This document shows, piece after piece, positions 48,596 through 64,000 of a DNA stretch of 64,000 bases. The translations under genes were made by a program, and so were the position numbers. The stretch lies in NCBI RefSeq assembly GCF_009914755.1, contig NC_060927.1; one strand, given 5' to 3'. The stretch's first letter is position 1. The number at the start of each line of letters is the position of its first letter. The notes beneath the pieces are model-generated. The model made no database searches and was not told the DNA's origin. It saw only the letters and a list, made by a program, of their open reading frames with translations. Source of the DNA: the human T2T-CHM13v2.0 reference genome, Homo sapiens.

Positions 48596-48973
48596 CTGGA
48601 AGGGAGGGGACGGGTGCACCCTCAGAGTTATTGCTGGAGGCTGTGGCCAGACCGGGCAAGGTGGTGACTCCCGCTGGCAGGCTGAGGCCCACCCCAGCCC
48701 TCCCACCTGGGCCACGGGGCTCTCAGCGGGAGCCCCAGTTATGACCGGACACCAGCGCACCGCCAAGGAGACAGCCACGTGGGGACATGCTGGACTAGGA
48801 GGGTCAGAGCCAGTTTGAGGGTCTGGTGACCTCGGCTCCCTGGCTTAACCAGGTCCTTATGGGTGAGAATCCTGAGGAGGGGGAGAGGGATGGAGGCTAG
48901 GGACAGGAGGCAGGAGGAGCTGATGAATAGGAAGGAGGGAAGAAGATGAAAGAAACAAAAGGGAAGTAATTAC

Positions 48974-49062
48974 ACTCAGAGCACTGCTCTCCTTTTCCAT
49001 GTCTTCTGCGCCTTCACAGTCTTCAAAGGTGTCCATGGAGCTAAACTCCCTGCTGGAGCAGC
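48974..49062 (-). CDS. MCF2L2: MCF2L2 exon (GCSSREFSSMDTFEDCEGAEDMEKESSALS)
   Basis: ctctccctaag|GC acceptor and AGT|gtaatt donor, 89 nt, phase 1-0. Confidence 0.85.
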
Positions 49063-50806
49063 CTTAGGGAGAGAAAGGGAAGGATGGGGCCTCTGTGGGG
49101 TGGGAGGACATCCCCTCTGCCCATGGCAGGGTGTAGCAGGCAGTGCCTGTTGCAGGCACGGTCCTCCCCATCTCTAACTCCTGCTCTCCAAGGGCCTGCA
49201 CTGCGCTGGGCTGTGAGGGGGTCTGTGATCTCCAGGCTGCTTTTCCAGCGCCGAGATGCCGTAATTCACCGAGAAGGCGCGTCCACATGCTGTTCATGGC
49301 CCTACCTCCCCGTTCCTCCAAGAAAACAGTCATTGTTTTTTGTGTTTGCCAGTCTTCTAACCACGCCTCCTTCCCTTCCTCCTCCCCTGTCTCTTTCTCA
49401 CCCTCCCCTCCTTGCCTCCTTTTCTCTCCCCTAATTAATGTCCATTTCCCATCTCCCTGGCAGCCTCTGCCAAGTGTCACTGCTCCCCATAAGGGAAAAT
49501 CAGAGGAACAAGCAAGTGCATCCATCCTGCCTCTCTCTGCAGTGAACTGATTAATTAATCCATCAGTCTTGTCTATGGCGCACATGTTACATCCCTGGGG
49601 CGGTGTTGGACACTGTGGGGAACAGCAGCCACTGCCAAATACTGAACAACTGCCCTGTGCCTGGTGGTATGTTAGGCATTTGTCAAAGTTTAAGCCTCAC
49701 AACCCTGTAAGGGTCTCAGCCCCCTTTACAGTTGGGGAAACAGACAGCAATGGTCACTTGGCCAAGTCCTCTTGGCCTGTGGCAGGGCAGCTGTCTTCTC
49801 CAGCACTCCTGCTCTTTACCCTCGCTCTGAGTGAGATGGAGTCTCTGCCCCACATGGCTCACAAGCCAGGGTAGGGAGCAGAGCATCTGCAGAAAGGTCC
49901 CAACACAGGACAGCCCCAGACCGAGGGTCAGCTGAGTAGTCTACGCGGCGGGAGCCGTGCTAGGAAAGTGTCTGCTCAGGCGAGAATTCAGGGAGGTTTG
50001 GGCAGGACTTGAGGGGCAGACAGGACTGGAGAGGGAGGGCATTCTGGGCAGAGGCATGGCCAGAGGGCGGTAGGCGGCAGTGGAGGGAGCTGCAGTTATC
50101 TGGGTGAGCAGGCAGCACAAGTGGCGTCTCCTGGGCTGCTGCCCCAAGCCCCCAACAAGCCACGTTCTGGGCCCCAGGCCCTCCCCAGAGCAGATCAGTG
50201 GGGGCTGTGTGAGTAACATGGGGGCGGGGGGGCAGCTGGGCAGCACCTCCCTGGAGGCCCCTCTGAAATCCTGCCTGACTCTGGCAGGCTCCGAGGGGGC
50301 TGGACACCCTCCTCTCAGGTTGAAGCAAGTCCTGGTTGAGTTCCTAGTCCCAGGAGGTGGGAGGGGCAAGGGGTGGAGGGCAGAGGAGAAACTGCCTCAG
50401 GGATGTGCCCCCTGCCTTCATCCTCCAGACAGGACTTGGGAGCATCTAAGGAAACCCAAGACTCCTCTTTAGAGAAGTCATCCAGCCCTGGGGTCCCCTT
50501 ATGCCAGGAGCAAGCAGTGAGAATGGAAGAATGATTGTCTTGCTGAAAGTTCTGTGATGGAGGGATAGAGGGACAGAGGGAGCCATGCCCTTGACCATCC
50601 CCTGCATGAATAGGAAGGGCTGTGTCTCCAGGGTCCATGGCCTCTGTGCCCCGGATGATGCCAGGGCTGCTAGGGACCATAGAGCCACCCACTGGGAGGC
50701 TGGCGGTTGGGCCTGGCTCAGGAGCCTTCGTCAGCCATAGGCAGCCACAGCCTGGGGTGGGCAGGGCTGGGAGGCGACACAGGAACTGAAAAACCTGACA
50801 AGCTCT

Positions 50807-50897
50807 AGCCCCTCCGCAGGGTAAGTGGTACCTCCAGGTAAAATGATTAGTTTGTTCCAGCCCCTCTGCAGGGTAAGTGGCACCTGGGGTAAAATGA
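50807..50897. repeat. Two-copy 52-bp tandem duplication carrying GCAGG|GTAAGT
   Basis: agcccctc.gcagggtaagtgg.acct...ggtaaaatga occurs twice. Confidence 0.8.
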
Positions 50898-51899
50898 CTG
50901 CCTGGAGCTGGCAGCTGCTTTCCCTGCTCTCGCGGGCCCTGCAGGGAAGCGGGGAAGGGAAGGGGGCACAGCGCTGGGCACAGAGGGGCTCTCAGACCCT
51001 GGACTCAACTGTTTCAGGGTCATCTGAAACAGTCAACTGTTTCCTCTAGCCCATTCCCTGCCTCCAGGCGAGGATTTGCCTGAACGTGGAAAGAGGAAGG
51101 ATCCTCCCAGTGCTGTCAACCCCAGATTCCACCTCCCTGTGGGGGACTGTCAGCGCAGGCCCTGACAACGCAGAGAAAGACACAGGACCCACCTGGGCCA
51201 GTGACAGCAGGAGCTCCGGGTGCCACAGGTGAGGGTGGGGATGCCTGGAGCACCACGGGGGGCCTGGTTTAGTCTAGAGCCAGGTTTTCCATACACCTTA
51301 GAGTGCAACCTCAGGGAGATGCAAATTTTACCCCCTAACACAGCATACACGCAGAAACACATTTATACAATTCAAACACAAGCGGACGGAACAATATTTA
51401 CCCTTAGAGTGTGTGAAGTCCTCATCTGTCCCACCTCATCCTATCATGCTTTGTTCTATCCTAGGAGACAAAGCAGGAGGGGGGGCTGCGGAGGTGGGGG
51501 AGTCTCATCCAAGCCCTTGGGTGACACGTCTCTCCTGAGACAAACTGCAGCTGCTCTGGGTGTGCCCTCGCCTGTCTCCCTCCAGGCCCCGGGTTCCTGC
51601 CAGCAGAGACAGTAACCTATTCACCAGGTATCCCCCAGGGCTCCTGGAAGAAACTCAGAATTCTCAGAACCAGAAAACCTTAGAGAGCATCCTGCAGGCA
51701 AAGCCCCTGGTTCTCTGCGGAGGAAAGTGCGGCTCACAGGGTGCCCCGCCAGGGATGGTAATTGACCACCAGGCTGTGTGCCTTGTGGGGACTGGCTTAA
51801 GGCCCTGTGGGAGCTGAGTCAGGGCCAGGACCGGGGTGTCCTGACTCCTAGAGATCATGTTCCCTTCCTCACCCAGGCCTTCCAGTCCCAGCCCTGGGC

Positions 51900-52200
51900 T
51901 TTTATTTATTTATTTTGGAGACAGAGTCTGGCTTGTCACCCAGGTTGGAGTGCAGTTGTGTGATCACGGCTCACTGCAGCCTTGACTTCCTGGGTTGAAC
52001 TGATCCTCCCACATCAGCCTCCTGAGTAGCTGGGACCACAGGCACATGCCACCACACCCAGCTAATTTTTGTATTTTTTGGTAGAGATGGGGTTTTACCA
52101 TGTTGGCCAGGCTGGTCTTGAACTCCTGAGCTCAACTGATCTGCCCACCTCAGCCTCCCACAGTGCTGGGATTACAGATGTGAGCCATCATGCCCACCTC
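51900..52200 (-). mobile_element. Alu
   Basis: Reverse Alu. Confidence 0.92.
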
Positions 52201-52875
52201 CTGGGCTGACTTTTGCTGTCTTACATCATCTGCATATTTAATCCCCTGCTGGATTCACTGGTCATGGGCTCTGAGGCCCTAAGAGTCTTAGGCACTAAGG
52301 AGCTGGCAGCACTGAGGGGACCCCAAAATCTCAGACTCAGGATCTGGCCAGTCACAGGCATGTGAGGGAACAACTGAGAGGCCCATTGCCCCATGGCAGG
52401 AGAAGGTGCTCTGGAGTCAGTCAGACCTGAGGGCAGTCAGACCTGATTCTCACTCTGTCACTCACTAGCTGTGTGATCTTGGATACATCACTTAACCTCT
52501 TGAGCATCAGCTTCCTTATCTCTAAAATGGAGATAATAACATCGATTTTGCAGTCTTGGTATGAGGATTAGCAAATCTTCTGATAAAGAAAAATGCCTGG
52601 TACATCATAGGAATTCAACAAATAGTACCTGTTATGATTATTGTGTATAGCAATTACAATAATACTAAAGAGAGGGTCTCAAAACAGCTCTGGGCACTCC
52701 AGGTGTGCTATTATTACTTACATTTCAGGGAGGTTTGTCTGCCATTGTCTCATCCTCATAAACACTCAGGGAAAGAAACATTATAAGGATAATAAATGGC
52801 TTTAAAAAGAAACAGAGCAAACACACACACACACACACCCCTCAGAAAAACCATGCCAAACACACAGGCTCTTGA

Positions 52876-53219
<344 letters not shown>

Positions 53220-53748
53220 GATTATAGCAAAATTCTAAGTGATAGTTGTATTCTTGGAAAATGAATGGAACGACTTTTGTCCCAGCCAAGATCTAGTGGT
53301 GTGTTGGAGCAGATACACCCTGAGTCTCTGGGGCACTCTCAGTCTATGTATCAGATAAGCATAAGGAGTATTGGTGGAGAAGGACAAGAATGGGAAAGGT
53401 GGGCGATGAGAATTCCTGCAGATAAGGACTGGTGAGAGTATTCTCTTTTGAAACCCTTAGTCGACAATCTTTCTGGTGCATATCAGATAAGCTGAATGGT
53501 TTAGGAAATCTAGTGTTCACATTTAGTGCTTAGAATTCTAAGCTTTTTTATTTTGCTTAAACAAATGGAATGAAATTTATTAACAAGTGAACCTAGTAAT
53601 GAGCTGAAATTATTCTCACCAGCATACATATTTTTGGTAAATTATAGACTTTGAAGACAAAATCATGGTGTTTCCCTTACTGTCCAGTGGATGGCACAAA
53701 GAGACCATTGTAGATCCTGCTGGTTCAGCGGTAGCTCTCAATCCATAG

Positions 53749-54120
<372 letters not shown>

Positions 54121-55169
54121 AATTATGCACAACTTTTTAAGGACCATCTCTATCACATGAACTAAAGGATATCATTTTCACTTGGGGGTGGGAAGTGGTG
54201 AGCTGCTTAAAAGCAATGCCTAAACCCCCTGGGCTTTCCTTCCTTTCACTTGGAAGAACCAGGGGGTAACTAACTGCTAACAATTCCATGCTTTCAGAGA
54301 TCTAGGCGCAAGCCTAAGGGCTTCATCTCATTTAATCCTCATGGCAAGACTGTACAGTATTATCTCCATTTTGTAAAATGAATGATAAAAAGAACTTAAG
54401 CACAGACAGGCTATAGAATCCATCCAAAGAGATGGAGCTGCACTTGAGGCTGGGTCTTTGAGACCTGAGTTTGAGCCCTTCATCATTGTGTTGTGTGTGC
54501 TGCTAACCAATTTCCCCTCTCTGTCTTCTAGGATTTAATACATGGTGTCACATTCTGTCTGATCCATCCCAGTAGCTCTCCAGAGCTCCCAACAGGAGAG
54601 AGTTCCAAAATGTTTCCAGGGGTACTAGGCTCGGTTACAATATTTTGCTTGGTGGCCCAGAGTATAAACGTGGATATCTTAGGCTGGTCTATAGCTGAAA
54701 CGTCTATTTCATTTGCAAGCCTATCTTTGGCTAAGAGGAAGTGAATCATTCTTGAGAACATCTAATTAATTGCTTTCAGATTCCACATGTTGACATTCTC
54801 AGGGCACATTTTTTTTTTCCCGTGCATTTCTGTTGTCAAAGTCCCTGCCAGCTCCTAAGGCAGTCTGAGCTGGCTGTCTTAGACTTTCAGAGCTGCTGGA
54901 AGCTTGGGGGAGGGAGGGGCTGTAGGTCAAAGAAACTTTATAACCTAGCTTTACCTCCCAGCTCAGCCACCAGCTGCCCTCAAATGTTCTGGATTGGAAT
55001 AAGCCCAAAGATGAGTGGCAGGAGGGAAGGGCAAGCCAATACGTCTAGTTTGGTTCAGTCAAAGCCTTGCCCATTTCATCAGAATTTTAATGGAAAATTT
55101 CCAATAAGATTAAAATATAAGGTCACCCCAATTTTAGTATGGCTCCATTTAAAAAAAATCATGCATATC

Positions 55170-55760
<591 letters not shown>

Positions 55761-56345
55761 AAATCATGCATTTCTATAGACAACGTCTGCAAGAAGATAT
55801 TAATGGTGATTATATCTGGTTATGTTGGATTTGTATTTTTATTTGTACTTTCCTGTATTTTCTAAATTCCTGACATTCTACATGTGTACTCCTTTAATAA
55901 TCAGAAAAGGAAACTTAAAATAGTTAAAACCAATTGGTCAGATATGTAAAATAACCCACCATCTCTCCAGAGAGGGCTGTTTGCTAGAACTTATTTTCTT
56001 CATTGAAATACTAGAGTGCCCCAATAAGTTTGAATAACACAAAAAAAAAGATAATGAAAGTAACTAAATTATCTAGGCCCAAAAGGAAATGCCACAAAAA
56101 TTGGCAAAGAAACAACCATGACGTGCTATACCGGATAGCTCCTAGGCCCCCTTGGAGACCCTGAGGTACCCGACGAGGGACCTGTAGTAAGGCTGGCAGA
56201 CAGGTTCTTCCTCTGTTAGCTCTGAGGTACAACAGTTATTCTCATTTTTATGTCTTTCACATGGCCAGAACTTTGCAAATCAGAGGCAAAGTGAATTCAG
56301 AATTAAAAATTTTCAGCACCATCCAAGTCAGTAAAACAGTCTTAG

Positions 56346-56670
<325 letters not shown>

Positions 56671-56699
56671 TTTATTTTTACTGTAAGCTGCCAGTAAAC

Positions 56700-60078
<3,379 letters not shown>

Positions 60079-60335
60079 GACTTTATTTTTTTAGAGCAGT
60101 TTTAGGTTCACAGAAAAACTGAGAGGAAGGTACAAAGATTTCCCATATATCCCCTGTGCTCACACATGCATGGCCTCCCTGACTATCACCATCCCCCACC
60201 AGAGAGGCACATTTGTTACAATGGATGAACGTATACACTGAATATATCATATTCACCCAAAGTCTGTAGCTCACATCATGGTTCACTTTGGCTGTTGTAC
60301 ATTCCTTGGATCTAGACACTTTTATAATGACAGGT

Positions 60336-61677
<1,342 letters not shown>

Positions 61678-61905
61678 CTTCTCAATGTGAGACATTTGCC
61701 CTTCATGTTAATTCTGCCCCATTAGTTCTACACAAATGAATAGCAGGAAATTGATTTTAAACCACATGGTGGTAAAATGCTTTCTTTTTTCTCCCTCATT
61801 TAACTAAAGAAGGGCTGGGCCCTAGGTGATGTCTTCCTTAGCATCTAAGCAGCTGGCATCACCCCACTGCTTCTGTGCTCCACTCTCCCATGGGACCCTC
61901 CCTAC

Positions 61906-62003
61906 CTTTAATCCCTCCTGTGCTGGAGGCCGGGTCTTCCTTGCTAGTGGTAGCTCTTTCCATATTTTTAATCCATGGTCCGGATCCTGCTCCACTGCCT
62001 TTG
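61906..62003 (-). CDS. MCF2L2: MCF2L2 exon (KGSGAGSGPWIKNMERATTSKEDPASSTGGIK)
   Basis: ctctaaag|C acceptor and G|gtaggg donor, 98 nt, phase 2-1; joins the 49062 exon in frame. Confidence 0.83.
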
Positions 62004-62174
62004 CTTTAGAGAAATAAACATGAATATTGAGTCACTGGAAGGAATGACACACGCATCCCTCCCCCACCAGTTGGAGTAACGCTGGCCCACCTAGTGTATC
62101 TCTGGTCTAGGTCTCGAGGACCTGCTGCTCCTCCCTCACCTGTAGTTGAAGACCTGCCTCAGGTCAGTAGGTGA

Positions 62175-62538
<364 letters not shown>

Positions 62539-63589
62539 ATGGCTACAAATCTTAAAGGGGGAAGAGATGAGGAGGAATAATCCCCTTTGTCTTCTCAAAA
62601 ATGTTTTCACTGGCTCACTACAGCTCCCTCCTTCCTCTTTACTGACCCAAAATGCCAACTATTATAGTAACTCTTTTGGGTTAGACGAATCCAGTGAATA
62701 AACACCTACTAAGCATTGGAGGTCCAAGAGGAATAAGATATGCCTGAGCTAAACCTCATCACCCCCGGCCTTGCTTGCAGAGTGGTTTGCTGGCCTCATC
62801 TGATTATTCAATGAGTGCTTTCATTTGTTTATTCACTAAATATTTACTGAGCACCTACAAAAGTGCCTGGCCCTGGTAGATGAGGCCTGAGGGAAGCTAA
62901 AACTAATAAGACAAACTCCATGCCCTAGAGGAATTCATGGTCTCATAGGGAGAAAATGTAAACACATCATAAAATTATAGCTTATTAAATGCTGCAATAG
63001 AGTACTCCGTAAGAGTGTGGGGGCAGAGAGGAGGGGGAGAAACAGCTGCTTTCTAGAGCCCTCACCTTTTCCACTTCTCTCATCTTTCTGGGTTAGGGTC
63101 TAGCGGGGGTTCCATGAGGATCAGGCTAAATGAGCTTAGAAAAACTAAGCAGACTACTGTATCAGAACTGGATCACAGTAGACAGGCGTTTTCAACAAAC
63201 ATATATTGAGTATCCCTGAGTGCTTTGGACAGGAAGAGGAATTATAGACGAAGATTGTAAGTCGCAGTAATAGATGAGGCAAGGAGCACCAGTGAGGACT
63301 TAACCCTGAAAGAAGTGTGAGCACATCTTCCTCCCAGACAAGGGGGAATAAAGAAAGGAAGATGATCAGGAGAGTTCTAAGTGGAACTCAGCAGCCAGAG
63401 GGGAAGCCGGAGGAGGTAACATCAGAGGGTGCGTTTGCCCACTCAGTAAAGTAGGAGGCAGGGCAGCCTTGTGAAAATAGGAATGGAATAGAAAGCTCAA
63501 GAAAACAGCCAAAAGCAAGGGCAATTAGGGGAGGTTTCGAACTGGCAGATCTACCTCAACTGGCAATACAGCAAGCATGCACCAGAAAA

Positions 63590-63662
63590 GATATCCTAGC
63601 TAGCAGTGGGGTTGGGAACTGATTTAATATCCTAGGCTAGCAGTGGGGTTGCGAACTGATTT
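63590..63662. repeat. Two-copy tandem duplication of about 37 bp
   Basis: atatcctag(g)ctagcagtggggttg.gaactgattt occurs twice. Confidence 0.85.
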
Positions 63663-63664
63663 AT

Positions 63665-63996
63665 TATTTAATTTTTTATATCTATTCATGTATTTATGCA
63701 CTTATTTATTTTTGAGATAGGCTCTCGCTCTGTCACAGAGGCTAGAGTGCAGTGATGTGATCTAGGCTCACTGCAGCTTTGACCTCCTGGGCTCAAGTGA
63801 TCCTCCCACCTCAGCCTCCTGAGTAGCTGGGACTACAAGCACGCCACCACCTAGGCTAATTTTTGTATTTTTTTTTGTTAGAGACAGGGTTTCACCATGT
63901 TGCCCAGGCTGGTCTCAAACTCCTGGGCTCAAGCGATCCATCTGCCTTGGCCTCCCAAAGTGCTGAGATTACAGGCGTGAGCCACTGCGCCCAGCC
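63665..63996 (-). mobile_element. AluJ
   Basis: Reverse Alu. Confidence 0.92.
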
Positions 63997-64000
63997 AATA

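Larger units (their letters stand above)
47700..48790. promoter_or_regulatory. CpG island over the MCF2L2 3' exons and UTR
   Basis: Very high GC and CpG density. Confidence 0.85.

Noticed and set aside
47924-48778. Overlapping 100-170 aa G/P/R-rich ORFs
   Set aside because: Stop-poor CpG island; only the spliced MCF2L2 exons are supported.

Overview
Human (primate) genomic DNA, not microbial: Alu, L1 and LTR elements are dense and there are two CpG islands. Two minus-strand spliced genes are readable from splice signals and translation. The first is LAMP3 (DC-LAMP/CD208), coding exons 1-5 at 30852 to 3924; its canonical last exon (VDECSSDYT...GYQRI, recalled) is absent and must lie left of base 1. 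The second is the last four exons and 3'UTR of MCF2L2, 62003 to about 46950. Main finding: LAMP3 intron 5 holds an intact, in-phase alternative terminal exon (1164 to 1025). It encodes the domain-closing Cys, a new transmembrane helix and an 11-residue tail RKRPSRGYERM with a GYxxPhi lysosomal signal, followed by its own AATAAA/GU-rich polyA cassette. This suggests a LAMP2A/B/C-style tail-swapping system for LAMP3, with a furin-like RNRR site in its stalk. Also notable: a U3 snoRNA-L1 chimeric retrocopy whose target site is complementary to the U3 5' end, a nested L1/MLT1/THE1/LTR5 stack, a 1-kb AT repeat, and ISRE, NF-kB and ATF4 motifs at the LAMP3 promoter. Gene names and repeat families are recognised from memory without database searches, and repeat boundaries are approximate.
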